Positions 36,812 to 50,683 are shown, numbered from the whole stretch's first letter. The stretch is 63,884 nucleotides of DNA, filler included, from Octopus bimaculoides (GCF_001194135.2; 6 parts of 6 records of this genome joined end to end with filler, not necessarily neighbours in it), one strand, 5' to 3'. The notes: a model not told the origin generated them from the sequence alone. A program made the numbers and translations.

Positions 36812-36889
<78 letters not shown>

Positions 36890-38049
36890 NNNNNNNNNNN
36901 NNNNNNNNNNNNNNNNNNNNNNNNNNNNNNNNNNNNNNNNNNNNNNNNNNNNNNNNNNNNNNNNNNNNNNNNNNNNNNNNNNNNNNNNNNNNNNNNNNNN
37001 NNNNNNNNNNNNNNNNNNNNNNNNNNNNNNNNNNNNNNNNNNNNNNNNNNNNNNNNNNNNNNNNNNNNNNNNNNNNNNNNNNNNNNNNNNNNNNNNNNNN
37101 NNNNNNNNNNNNNNNNNNNNNNNNNNNNNNNNNNNNNNNNNNNNNNNNNNNNNNNNNNNNNNNNNNNNNNNNNNNNNNNNNNNNNNNNNNNNNNNNNNNN
37201 NNNNNNNNNNNNNNNNNNNNNNNNNNNNNNNNNNNNNNNNNNNNNNNNNNNNNNNNNNNNNNNNNNNNNNNNNNNNNNNNNNNNNNNNNNNNNNNNNNNN
37301 NNNNNNNNNNNNNNNNNNNNNNNNNNNNNNNNNNNNNNNNNNNNNNNNNNNNNNNNNNNNNNNNNNNNNNNNNNNNNNNNNNNTATTTATACATACATAT
37401 ATATATATATATGTATATGTGTTGTCTGCATATGGAGGAAATGGTCGCGTTCTTCACGTCCATGAAGCTTAAAGCAACATGAGAAGCTAAGTCTACCTGT
37501 TTCTCTCTTTCTCACTCTCTTATATCTATATTTATATCTATACATATATTTGTATATGCATACATCTTAATTGTCTCGCATTATTCACGAACACATACAG
37601 TGTAATTGTATGCGTGTGTGTATATGTATACATATGTATAGACACATATATTTCATAAAGGGAAACGTTAACAGTGACAGTGATGCTTCGAAGTCACTGT
37701 CTATTTTCCCCTTGTAAAATATATATATTTTATACTCATTTTGAAAATATTGAGTACTCCTTCAGTTAATATGATCGTACATAAAATATAACACATTAAT
37801 ATATATATATATATATATATATAAATGTATCTATATTTTCAATAATAACAAACCTATCAAAATTACAACGAAAATAATAGTAACACCAAAAGTCCCCTGT
37901 AATTTATAAGAGGGACCTTCTCTTTGAGGTGGAATGTGAAGTCAGCTCAGTTGACAATACTGGACTGGTAATTTATCGACATCAAAATGGGATGTAATAT
38001 ATAGTTCATTTCATCAGTGATTTTACTTGTTTAATCATCATCCTTAATA

Positions 38050-38266
38050 TTGATTTCAAATTTTGGCAGAAGGCCAGCAAGATCGAGGGACAGGGTGAAT
38101 CAATTACATTGACGAATGTGCTCAACTGGTACTTATTTTATCGACCCCAAGAAGATGAAAGGCAACGTCGACCTCGGTGGAACTTGAATTCAGAACGTAA
38201 AGACAGACGAAATGCCGCTCAGCATTTTGCACGGCGCGCTAACGATTCTGCCAGCTCGTCGCCTTC
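38050..38266 (-). mobile_element. SINE family B
   Basis: Reverse complement aaggcgacgagctggcagaatcgttagcgcgccg...gaattcaagttccaccgaggtcgac. Confidence 0.8.
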
Positions 38267-39653
38267 GTATTGCTTAATATTAATAATTGCTGTTGTTGTT
38301 GTTGCCGTGTTATTGCTGTCGCTTAGCCACAAATCAATGCTAATTAAGGTTAGATATCACTGATCAAAATAATTTCAGCCGTGACCACTCTTTCTTTTTG
38401 TATAGTCTATTGTCCAACGTATCCTTTATTTGAGACTACAGCATGTGAGGTGAAGGTGATTTTTCTTCTATTCATTGAAGTTCGAGTTGATGTATCCCTG
38501 TTATTTTAGTTCTTCTTATCGACTCTGATCCAACAGACCTATGACCAAAGATAAAGCAAGTCATGCTACAATATTCAACCTGTTCTTTGATGTGATTTTA
38601 AAGACGGTAGAGTGTAAGTTAAGAGATTTGGCTGTTGTCTCTTGTAAGCTGAGCGACAAGATATTCTCTTGTTGGGCTCGTTAACACTAGATAAAATTGA
38701 AAAAATAAGGATAACTTAAACAAATAAAGCAAAGATAAGAAAAAGAAAGATTAGCTACCAAAAAACAGCAGCAATAAATGTTAACCTGCTTTACGTTTAT
38801 AATAAAATTGGTGATAACATTAGTTTCTGTCACACAGATATAACAGGAATGAGTCACAGAATAGAATGTTTCACATATATCAGAATGTGCGACAGATAAA
38901 TTGCATACGTATAAATTGTAATCATATTAATATGTATTTAAGTTTATATAAAAATACATCAAATTTAGGAAATAATCCTTCTAGCTAATTTTCTCATTCT
39001 TTCTCACTCTACGTTCACACTGGCACACAAACACATACAAACAACAATCCAGAAGTCTTTAACACCCATTCGAATATATATATATATATATATANNNNNN
39101 NNNNNNNNNNNNNNNNNNNNNNNNNNNNNNNNNNNNNNNNNNNNNNNNNNNNNNNNNNNNNNNNNNNNNNNNNNNNNNNNNNNNNNNNNNNNNNNNNNNN
39201 NNNNNNNNNNNNNNNNNNNNNNNNNNNNNNNNNNNNNNNNNNNNNNNNNNNNNNNNNNNNNNNNNNNNNNNNNNNNNNNNNNNNNNNNNNNNNNNNNNNN
39301 NNNNNNNNNNNNNNNNNNNNNNNNNNNNNNNNNNNNNNNNNNNNNNNNNNNNNNNNNNNNNNNNNNNNNNNNNNNNNNNNNNNNNNNNNNNNNNNNNNNN
39401 NNNNNNNNNNNNNNNNNNNNNNNNNNNNNNNNNNNNNNNNNNNNNNNNNNNNNNNNNNNNNNNNNNNNNNNNNNNNNNNNNNNNNNNNNNNNNNNNNNNN
39501 NNNNNNNNNNNNNNNNNNNNNNNNNNNNNNNNNNNNNNNNNNNNNNNNACATATATATATATATATATATATATACACAAAAAGCTTACAGTAAGTTTGG
39601 GTGTTTTTTTTATATAAACGGAGATATACATGTTTACACACGCACGCGCGCAC

Positions 39654-39691
<38 letters not shown>

Positions 39692-40303
39692 CTCAGACAT
39701 GCATATAGCCATAATATATTAACTGACAAAAGACTCAATATATGTTGAAAGGTGTCAGAAGAAGAAGACAAGAAAACCGTTTCATATCTTTGTCAAAGGA
39801 GGGAGGGGCTGTTAAAACTCTGATAAAGGATAAATTTAGTTGTTTGGTGTGACAGAAGGGATGAGGTGAGGTCATGAGAAAGAGACCAAAAAATGAAATG
39901 TGATAGATGTCGAATGTGTATGTGTGCGTGGGTGTCATTATTTCCTACAAATTAATGATGCTCTTCGTGGAGTGCATTATATTAACATTTAGAACTAGTA
40001 AATCTTATAAGTGATAAAATTCATTCATGCTTAAGTATCTTATGTGTATGTGTCCGTCTAGGATGATTGTTTTTATTTGAAGCTTTTAGACAAGAAATTA
40101 CGATTTTCGTACATTGATATATATTGGGCCTATATCCTAATTCCGCTTGTTATAGTCTCGATATTTCAGTCGTTGTGTTATCAGGCTTTCTTCTCGGTCC
40201 ATGTATTCATGAACGTTTTCAGAATTGCGAACACAAACCTATATTAATGTAGATTACCTCATTCTTTTGTCCACACCATGGGTATTCTATTATAGTCTTA
40301 AAC

Positions 40304-40527
40304 AAGGCGGTGAGCTGGCAGAATCGTTAGCATGCCGGGCGAAATACTTAGCGGTATTTCGACTGCCGCTACGTTTAGAGTTCAAATTCCACCGAGGTCG
40401 TCTTTGCCTTTTATCCTTTTGGGGGTCGATGAAATAAGCACCAGTTCCGCACTGGGGTTGATGTAATTGACTATCCTCCTTCCTCTAAAAAATTTTTGAG
40501 GCCTTGTACCCAGAGTAGAAATTATTC
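40304..40527 (+). mobile_element. SINE family B, full length
   Basis: aaggcggtgagctggcagaatcgttagc...gagttcaaattcc (B box)...ggggtcgatgaaataagcaccag. Confidence 0.85.
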
Positions 40528-40874
40528 TCTTAAACGTCGGGTTACTAGTTGCACCTGAGCCACTGATTCACTGACTCAGGGATTGAATACACGTTCATTA
40601 GCTAAACTAGTTGACATAGCACTAGATACAAAATCAACGTTTGTACTCACTGTACTATTGTCTGTAGAAATATAGCAGCGCATAATTAATCTAAGATGAG
40701 ATTGATTTTCTTGATTATAAATTAATTTGGTGTCAAGGGAATAATCTCACTCGCTCATTTTCTCACATATTTTCTCAGACATTGTTACTCATTATTATAT
40801 ATATACATATATACATGTAAATGCATCTATCTATCTATCTATCTATATGCATACATATATAACTGAAGAGTACT

Positions 40875-41003
40875 TCTTTTCTTATCGACACATTAGAATG
40901 AAAGCAAGATGACCTCGTCGGGATTTGAACTCAGTATATACATAGTTGGAATAAATAACGCAAAGCATTTTCTCTGACGCTCTAACGCTTATGCCAGTCC
41001 ACC
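40875..41003 (-). mobile_element. SINE family B, degenerate
   Basis: gacctcgtcgggatttgaactcag...aaagcattttctctgacgctctaacg. Confidence 0.55.
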
Positions 41004-41589
41004 ACACAGAAGTTTTCAAAAATTTAAAAACAAATTCACATTTTCCTACGCTTTATTCATTGAATTCAATTTCTTTCTCTTTATAAAATATAGCAAAAAC
41101 CCTTTCAATTAAGCTATCAATAAAACAAACAAACAAACAAACTAAATATTCATGAGAATCAATATTCACCCTAGATGTATACACAAATATAGGATGTGTC
41201 ACAATGATGTAATTTAATGAGTTCTGAACTAGTAGCGAAAGGAATATTGTTTTATGAATTTTAACCTTAAAATAATCTGTACCATTAACAACATTCTTAA
41301 CCTACCAATGGCTTATAACCCACTCGTACACATTTTTGTTATTTTGTATTCTTTCGTTTTTACTATCTATCCCGCCAAAGAATAATATTTTCTCTATAAC
41401 TTTCACACCAGTTCTGTTACAGGCAAAGCTTTGAAGTCTTTGCGACATACATACATACATACATACATACATACATACAAACATACATACAAACAAACAA
41501 ACATACATACATACATACATACATACAGGCATACATACATACAGAGATAGATAGATAAACACACACACACACACACACATTTCCCTTAG

Positions 41590-41688
41590 GCATTGCGACG
41601 CTAATAACCGGGTGTTAGAACTCAGTATACATATACATCAGTACGAAGCAGCGGTCGGAGCGCATTGCATCTTACAGCAGAAACAGGT
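41590..41688 (+). CDS. Candidate exon, phase-compatible with 34470-34611
   Basis: tttcccttag|g acceptor and gt|gtaagc donor, 99 nt. The only open frame is the phase-2 one (HCDANNRVLELSIHIHQYEAAVGAHCILQQKQ). Confidence 0.25.
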
Positions 41689-41738
41689 GTAAGCTAATGA
41701 AGTTCATAACATACTTGTTTATTTCTTTGTCATCTCAA

Positions 41739-41831
<93 letters not shown>

Positions 41832-42532
41832 AATACATATGTATATATGTTTGTGCTTTTCTATGCCAACTCGTTTTTCATATACATTGATACTTTTAAA
41901 TGTTTTCCAATAGAAACTCGTCATCGCTGAATTCTGTTTCATAATCAGTGCAAAGGTACCAATAAAACACTTTGGTCTTACAAACTTTTATCGATTCAGA
42001 GATGGATGGATGCAGAGATGGATGGATGCAGAGATGCAAAAACGACAGCAGAAAGGGCAGTTTTACCTCCCCAAAGAACGGTTTTACTTTCTTACACTTT
42101 AGAAAATACTTTCAGTTCTTCTGCATATTCGTCGTTTCGTGATGCAGCAGCTTACATACACACATACATACATACATACATACATACATACATACACATT
42201 CATGCATGTATACATATATGTGTATATATATGTATTTACACAAGCATATGTGTGTATATGTATAAATACATGTATACATATATAGATAAATGTATACACA
42301 CACACATACATATAATTGAATATTTGAATCTATGCAAATTTTCCTTACAATCCCGCCAAATATTATGAAGAAAGGGTGGTTTCCCTCGTAATAACTGCGA
42401 TCGTAATGAGAAAACAAGAGTTACCCCCCTCACACACACTCATGTGACAAATAAAGGAAAAAGTACACATTACACGTACTAGAATATGATTATAATTATT
42501 TGAGTGTTATTTGAGTGACAGTGAAGTATTAC

Positions 42533-42667
42533 GAATGCTTGATCAGCCTGGCAGCAATCTATGTCTTTAATGACAAACATACTCCTGTCAACGATGTCGT
42601 CAGAACCCAACTTCTTTTTTATTGTTTTATACATAACACTTGAATCAAGTGTTACGGGTAACAACTC
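42533..42667 (-). CDS. Candidate internal exon, unknown product
   Basis: tatttttgttag|GAG...gcattc|gtaata, 45 open codons (ELLPVTLDSSVMYKTIKKKLGSDDIVDRSMFVIKDIDCCQADQAF). Confidence 0.18.
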
Positions 42668-45093
42668 CTAACAAAAATATTTTTCTTCATGGTGTACAAC
42701 TGCACATCATTAGATGAATAGGGTTTACTGATGACTCAGGTGTTACTGTGCTCATTAAAATACTTTTATAATGAGAAAGCGTAGTGTACTCGACTCTTTA
42801 TTATAAGCAAACATTTTGTTTCAATTTTACTTCGAAAATACGTGTCAAATTTCTTGTTAAGTCATGGCTTGGCAGTTGTTGTAGTCACCTAGCAGTTAAG
42901 TATCTACTGCTACAGCGGTATATCTGAAGATTTAAAGATTGTGTTATTTTGTTTTTCATGCAATCAGTAATAACCAATAAAACAGAGAGTAGGAAACGTT
43001 TACTTGGACGAAGGCATATTTTTCATAACAAACCAACATGACAGTAAGGTTAAATATTTGTGATACATGAAGAGACTGTATGCATATATAGAAATATGTA
43101 TGTATTTATGTATGCATATATATGCATGTATCTATTTGCATATCTAATATTTAATATAAAAAGTAGGACTTTATTCGAAGTTTGGACAATAAATTGGCTT
43201 CTTTAAACAGAACTGAGATGCCAGTTTGAAGGGTCAGTTTTCGAAGTAAACATTCACTATCAATGTCAAATATTTCGATTTGCGAATTGTAACTGAGTCC
43301 GTCATTCAACACATGCTGCTTATTGTATCGAGTATACAAACTTATAAAACAACCATATNNNNNNNNNNNNNNNNNNNNNNNNNNNNNNNNNNNNNNNNNN
43401 NNNNNNNNNNNNNNNNNNNNNNNNNNNNNNNNNNNNNNNNNNNNNNNNNNNNNNNNNNNNNNNNNNNNNNNNNNNNNNNNNNNNNNNNNNNNNNNNNNNN
43501 NNNNNNNNNNNNNNNNNNNNNNNNNNNNNNNNNNNNNNNNNNNNNNNNNNNNNNNNNNNNNNNNNNNNNNNNNNNNNNNNNNNNNNNNNNNNNNNNNNNN
43601 NNNNNNNNNNNNNNNNNNNNNNNNNNNNNNNNNNNNNNNNNNNNNNNNNNNNNNNNNNNNNNNNNNNNNNNNNNNNNNNNNNNNNNNNNNNNNNNNNNNN
43701 NNNNNNNNNNNNNNNNNNNNNNNNNNNNNNNNNNNNNNNNNNNNNNNNNNNNNNNNNNNNNNNNNNNNNNNNNNNNNNNNNNNNNNNNNNNNNNNNNNNN
43801 NNNNNNNNNNNNNNNNNACATACATATATATATATATTCATATACACATGCATACACACGAGAACACACACATATATAATTAAATTTCTATTATTAATTT
43901 ATTTATATATTCATTTATCTATTTACTTTCTTATTTAATGTATTCATTTATGACAGGAACGATTTAAAACCCGACAAATAGATAAGTATAAAGCTTCGAG
44001 AGTATTTCTAAGCAGAAGAATGGAATGTATTGAAAACATCGATGCAACAAACCGCAATGAACTTTAAGGTTTGAACTTGAAAGAAGATTAAAAAACATTA
44101 TTTTTAATTAGATTTGACTTTAACAAAACGAATATATAGTACATAACAACAATAACAATAACAATAATAGCAACAATAATAACAATAACAACAACAAGGA
44201 CGGCAACATTAACAATAAAACATTGGAAGCATATAAAAAATTGTAAAGGCTTCAAAAAAATATCTTGAAGCAAAAATATAATCAGTCTATTGGAAAATAA
44301 AATTTAAACAAAATTATAGACAGAAATGGTCTCTGGTCTCTTTAAATAAAACAATTATTTATAGTAAATGTATATGTCGTTTAGTTTGTTGTTGTTTAGT
44401 CCCCATAAATTGTGCCATATTTAGAAATCAGATTGCTAACAACAACAAACAACAAAAGTGAATGGAAGAATAACAAAAAACGAAACAATGAGTTTATTTA
44501 TTACATTTTATTGCTTTGCGAGTATGTATTTGTGTATATATTTGTGTAAGTATATATATGCATGGGTGCGTGTGCATATGTTTGTCTGTCTCTTTGTATG
44601 TGTGTGTGTATGTATGTATGCCTGCATGCATGTATGTATGTATGTATGTGTGCATCTAACTGCTTGTGAGTATGAATATATACGTATGAATATATCTATC
44701 TGTCTGTATGTCTATATAGATAATGCGTGCGCGTGGGTGATATGTATCAGGAGTGTACTTATTCACACAAACACATACAACCGCTCATGCATGCACGCAC
44801 ACGCACACACACACGCACGCACACACACACACACACACACGCACGTATATATACTATATAAACAACGCAAACAAATCACCGTACAAAACAATTATCAGTA
44901 AATAAACAGATAAGCCCAGATATTTGATTTCGATATGTTTAACAAGAAAGAGAGCTCTTCATGAACATTATCTCAAATATATGTTTGTATCTATTAGAGC
45001 TTTGAATTATCATAGTTAATTAGTCAAAAATCGTTATCGTCAGAATCACAGAAACTTTCATTATCAGGTCGGATTGCTACATAGTCTAATAAT

Positions 45094-45137
<44 letters not shown>

Positions 45138-45292
45138 GGTTATGAGAGGTAATGGTGTCAATAAGACCCAAAAGTGTCAGGTAATGCTGAGTAAGTACTA
45201 TGGACAGACTATAGTTGAGCTCCAGGTTCGGTGATTATGCGAATAAGGAGTCCAACGCATGTGTATATATATAAAACATTTCAGAACGAGAT

Positions 45293-45368
45293 AAAGATCC
45301 AAGGCTGTGAAAGATTTCAGGCCTTCAATTTATAAATGTTCAAAAATCTTTCACAGCCTTGGATTTTT
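45293..45368. repeat. Perfect 21-bp inverted repeat with a 26-nt loop
   Basis: atccaaggctgtgaaagattt (45297-317) and aaatctttcacagccttggat (45344-364); extends 4 bp further with one G:T pair. Confidence 0.9.
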
Positions 45369-45539
45369 ATCTCATTCTGAAAATTTTATATATATATTAT
45401 ATATATATACACGCACAAACACACACATACACACAATTAGTGCCACATATACACACTAACCATCCACACACTCACATACTACCACGCACACACATACACA
45501 CATACATACTACCCATCTTCATACCCCCCTGTCCACCCC

Positions 45540-45730
45540 ACCAAACCAACTTCCTTTATCTCTTTCTACTTCCGGTCACTTCAGCAATGTATCTACACGT
45601 GTACCGTTGTCGATTCCTTCTGTATGTTTGGACTTTTCCCTTTCTCCTTTCCGACGAAGCGCTCTGCTCGAAACATAACACTCTCTTATTTTACCCAGTG
45701 TCAAGCTAATACATTACTTGTGCACGTCTT
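45540..45730 (+). mobile_element. PLE-terminus-like repeat with a decayed hammerhead-like core
   Basis: Homologous to 50770-50950; CCGACGA-A-GCGC-TCT-GCTC-GAAAC-ATA at 45651-45677. Confidence 0.5.
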
Positions 45731-45988
45731 TTTTTTACTTATTTCAGTCATTTGACTGCGGCCATGCTGGAGCACTGCCTTTACTCGAACAAGTCGACCC
45801 GAGGACTTATTGTTTGTAAGCTAAGTTATGGGGACATAAACACACCAACATCGGTTGTCAAGCGACGGTAGGGGGACAAACACAGACACGCAAACACACA
45901 CACACATACACAAATATATATACGACGGGCTTTTAGTTTACGTCTACCAAATCCACTAACAAGGCTTTGGTCGGTCTGAGGCTATAGG
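45730..45988 (-). mobile_element. SINE family A
   Basis: cagtcatttgactgcggccatgctggagcac...catcggttgtcaagcga...ctaccaaatccactaacaaggctttggtcgg. Confidence 0.85.
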
Positions 45989-46541
45989 NNNNNNNNNNNN
46001 NNNNNNNNNNNNNNNNNNNNNNNNNNNNNNNNNNNNNNNNNNNNNNNNNNNNNNNNNNNNNNNNNNNNNNNNNNNNNNNNNNNNNNNNNNNNNNNNNNNN
46101 NNNNNNNNNNNNNNNNNNNNNNNNNNNNNNNNNNNNNNNNNNNNNNNNNNNNNNNNNNNNNNNNNNNNNNNNNNNNNNNNNNNNNNNNNNNNNNNNNNNN
46201 NNNNNNNNNNNNNNNNNNNNNNNNNNNNNNNNNNNNNNNNNNNNNNNNNNNNNNNNNNNNNNNNNNNNNNNNNNNNNNNNNNNNNNNNNNNNNNNNNNNN
46301 NNNNNNNNNNNNNNNNNNNNNNNNNNNNNNNNNNNNNNNNNNNNNNNNNNNNNNNNNNNNNNNNNNNNNNNNNNNNNNNNNNNNNNNNNNNNNNNNNNNN
46401 NNNNNNNNNNNNNNNNNNNNNNNNNNNNNNNTAAGTAGTTGCAAATGTTAATTTTCAATTCACTCCTTGATATTAAAAATAAATTTATTCATACTTTGTA
46501 ATTAATTGTCATATTCACTTGGTGTTTGTTTTTGTTGTTTC

Positions 46542-47838
46542 TATTGAGCTGGCAACTAAGTTCCCGCCGTTTAAAAAAAAAAAATTGGAATTTATTGCGT
46601 TTTTAAATTTTGGAATCTATTTTTTTCGAGAATTCTATTTTTGAATCATTTTGGAATCTATTTTGTTTTTTTTCTAGTTAATTTTAGTTAATTTTTGTTT
46701 ATTTTCAGATCATTAAAATGGAATGTCAAGTTAAGAAAAACAAGCATTTTCGACTCCTCCTTTTTGCCTTTAAACAAGCTTTTAAGGCCGAAAAAGCTGC
46801 TCGCGACATTTGTGCTGTGTATGGAGAGGGTGCCAAATCTTAAAGAACCGCTCGTGATTGGTATTCTAAGTTCAAAAATGGAAATTTTGACCTCAAGACG
46901 CACCTCGTTCTGACCGTCCAGTTGAGTCCGATGAAGAGCGATTAAACCAACGCTTGCACGAAAATTCTCGTCAAGCGACAAGGGAACTGTCAGAGAAGAT
47001 GGAATGTTCCCACACTGCTATAGAGAAGCATCTTCACTCGATGGGAAAGGTTCAGAAGTATGGAGCATGGGTTCCGCATCCTTTAAGTGACAACAACAAC
47101 AAATCAACGAGCCACAATCTCCGCTGGTTTGCTTGCTCGTCAATGCTCAACTCATGGACACAAGCAACGGTTTCTTTACCGAATCGTCACTGGCGACGAA
47201 AAATGGTGCATGTACATCAATATGAAGCAGCGTAAGGAATAGTTTAGCGACACCGCGTGTGAAACAAGATCACTACTCGTGAAACAAGATCTTCATCCGC
47301 GTAAAACGATGTTGTGCGTATGGTGGGACTGGGAAGGGATTATCCATTACGAATTGCTTGAACAGAACCAAACTGTCAACGCCGAACTCTAAGTTCAACA
47401 TATGAAACAACTCAACGCGGCTATTCAAGAGAAACGACCTGATTGGCAACATGGAGTTCTGTTGCACAACAACGCCCGCCCTCATATCGGCAATATAATG
47501 AAGGAAGCCATTCAAACGCATGGCTGGGTAGTGCCGCCACACCCACTGTACTCTCCCGATTTGGCACCAATGGATTTCCACCTGTTTCGATCTCTTTCAA
47601 ATGCTATGCGCAGAGTTTCGTTCAATACTGATGCAGAATTTAGAGATTGGTTGGATTAATTTTTCGAGTCGAAATCGGGTGATTACTACCAACGAGGTAT
47701 TGAAAATCTTGTTGAACGTTGGGAAGAAATTGTAGACAACAAGGGTGAATACATTATTGATTAATTAGTTATTTTTTATTAAACCTTTTAAAGAATTTAA
47801 ATTTAAGAAACGGCGGGAACTTAGTTGCCAACCCAATA
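46542..47838 (+). mobile_element. mariner transposon (DD34D), full length 1.3 kb, transposase pseudogene 46718-47764
   Basis: TIRs tattgagctggcaactaagttcccgccgttt and aaacggcgggaacttagttgccaacccaata (2 mismatches); MECQVKKNKHFR..., IVTGDEKW, HNNARPH-x-YSPDLAPMD; stops and frameshifts. Confidence 0.95.
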
Positions 47839-47885
47839 TAATAGTTTGTGCCAAGGTTATATATACATATATATACATACATTCA

Positions 47886-47917
<32 letters not shown>

Positions 47918-47990
47918 CTTGTGTGCGTGTGGGTGTGTGTGTGAGTGCGCGCGTGCATATGTATGTATTTATATATGCACACACGCACAC

Positions 47991-48075
47991 GCTCACATGC
48001 TCACACGCACACGCTCACATGCTCACACGCACACGCTCACATGCTCACACGCACACGCTCACATGCTCACACGCG
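47991..48075. repeat. 22-nt minisatellite (~4 copies) derived from a CA-type tract
   Basis: Unit gctcacatgctcacacgcacac. Confidence 0.8.
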
Positions 48076-48313
48076 CTTACAAATACATTTACACGCACAC
48101 GTTCATTAATTCTTTTACTAGTTTCAGTCTTTGGATTTCGGTTATTCTCGGTTATTCTCTTCAAAAGCATAATCGATCTTGTCGACCACAGTAATTTTAT
48201 TTTAGTCTGATAGTTATTCCCAAAACTTCTATTTGTTGAGCAGTTGACACACAACATTAACCAAGCCGGTTTTTAGATGTTAATAAACACAAACACGCAC
48301 ACACACACACACA

Positions 48314-48396
<83 letters not shown>

Positions 48397-49398
48397 GCTT
48401 GAACAGAGCATCCCAACGAAGGTACAACAATCATTCGAAACTATTCCAGAAAAACTTGGGTCTATTCACCCAGCAAAGTTATATGTATGTCGATTATACA
48501 TACATATCAAATATACAGTGATAGGAAAGGACCGGTATGCAAATGAATAAAATGCTACTCGTTCATTCTTAGTGATTAATAACGATAGTGGAATCCCATA
48601 ATTTCATAAATACGTGCTTCAAAAATATTACCAGGTTAAGTTGCATAAATGAAATTGGGTGTTTGATGCTCTGTAAAGGGGTGGAAAAAATGCTGCCTGA
48701 TTTTCGAACGTACATGCAAGACAATTCGGTCCGTTATAATTTAGTCCATTAATTTTCTCCATTATAATACAATAAATATTACCAGGGTTGCGTTTAATAT
48801 AGGATTAGACGGCTTCCTACATTAGTTTAGGCTACCTATATAATTGTGAAGTTGTGAACCATTCTTGAAATTTTTTTGATCTCTCATTGAGAGCATCCAT
48901 ACGCAGACTAACGAAAGATGGTGGATAATCCTTTAGAAGAAACTCAGGTGACAATGTAGAACGAATGATGCTTTATGAGCGTATATGGCAAAATATGTTC
49001 AGAGACCATAAGCTAACGTATGTTCTATGCATCGATTCCATGTTAAAAAAAGCATAAAATTATGGGATTTCATTGCCACTTCGAGTTTCTATCGCAAACT
49101 ACTTTCACTTTTTAAGGACATTAAACAACAAATGAATCAACTTAGCAATCTGTTAGCTGTTTACTCTCTCTCACACTCTTTCTTGGTGAAAAGGCAATAA
49201 TGAGTCAAAAGCTGCGGATTCTTATTTTGAAGCTAGCCTTGTGCCTAAATCGTAGAACACTGCGGTTTCGCAATGCATATTTATAAAGTGAAGCTGACTG
49301 CTTATTTATAAAATCCATCTTACTGCGTAAAGAACAATTGTCTAGTTATTGAGATTATTAAAGTGCATATACAGGTATCTGTGTATATACACAAGCAC

Positions 49399-49451
<53 letters not shown>

Positions 49452-49483
49452 TACACGTGCATATGAATATATATATGGTTCTA

Positions 49484-49589
49484 GGTAAATTCTACTTCGG
49501 TAAATTCCACCACGGAAAATTCCACCAGGTAAATTTCACCATCGGTAAATTCCACCACGGTATATCCCACCATGGTAAATTCCACCCAT
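49484..49589. repeat. Tandem array of seven 14-16 nt units
   Basis: Consensus GGTAAATTCCACCA(C/T); no spacers. Confidence 0.85.
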
Positions 49590-50050
49590 GGACAGATCAT
49601 TCCAATTTCGATTATTATTGTTTCTTTTCTTTCGTGGTCAGATGTAATATCGGGTTTATTGCTTTCTATATGATTTGGTGTTATTACTGAGCTATCTACT
49701 AAAATTTTAGCCTTTTCATTTGTTGTTAACTTTTCTATTTGCACGTTTCTGATTTTCTGGTTTTTTTTTCTGTTATATTGCTGTAGTAGGTTCGCTAAGA
49801 TTATCTTGGTTATCTCATCGTGTCTCTTTTTATATTTCGTGTGTGCTATTTTTCCACATTGTATTGCTATATGTTCGATATTTCCTTCGTTTTTTTTACA
49901 ATATCTGCATGACATTTTTCATCCATAGTAGTTGTTTCCTTCTTGTAAATACTGTATAATATTTTTTTTATCTCTCATTGAGTATTTACTTTGGTTTATA
50001 AATTTCAATGAATCTCTTTTTTATGCCGCTTCCTCATTCAGGTGTTTAAA
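49590..50050 (-). mobile_element. R4/Dong-like LINE fragment (CCHC knuckle plus restriction-like endonuclease)
   Basis: CRYCKKNEGNIEHIAIQC..YKKRHDEI...NKPDITSDHERKETIIIEIG. Confidence 0.85.
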
Positions 50051-50180
50051 GTATTCACCGTGTATTCTTTGTGTGATTGTTCCTTAATTATTTTTTCATC
50101 CTCGTATTTTTTGTATTCATTGACATTATTGATATTATTTTTATGCATTCTTTTTTTTATTTCCATAATATTGTAACCCA

Positions 50181-50243
<63 letters not shown>

Positions 50244-50646
50244 NNNNNNNNNNNNNNNNNNNNNNNNNNNNNNNNNNNNNNNNNNNNNNNNNNNNNNNNN
50301 NNNNNNNNNNNNNNNNNNNNNNNNNNNNNNNNNNNNNNNNNNNNNNNNNNNNNNNNNNNNNNNNNNNNNNNNNNNNNNNNNNNNNNNNNNNNNNNNNNNN
50401 NNNNNNNNNNNNNNNNNNNNNNNNNNNNNNNNNNNNNNNNNNNNNNNNNNNNNNNNNNNNNNNNNNNNNNNNNNNNNNNNNNNNNNNNNNNNNNNNNNNN
50501 NNNNNNNNNNNNNNNNNNNNNNNNNNNNNNNNNNNNNNNNNNNNNNNNNNNNNNNNNNNNNNNNNNNNNNNNNNNNNNNNNNNNNNNNNNNNNNNNNNNN
50601 NNNNNNNNNTATATATATATATGCACATATGTGTGTGTGTGTGTGT

Positions 50647-50683
<37 letters not shown>

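Noticed and set aside
42000-42080. Exon-like open frame after ttcag
   Set aside because: Built on a short tandem repeat (gagatggatggatgca x2) and lacks a good donor.
48588-49075. ~17-bp inverted match (aatcccataattt / aaattatgggattt)
   Set aside because: Too short and AT-rich, with no TSD or further arm similarity.
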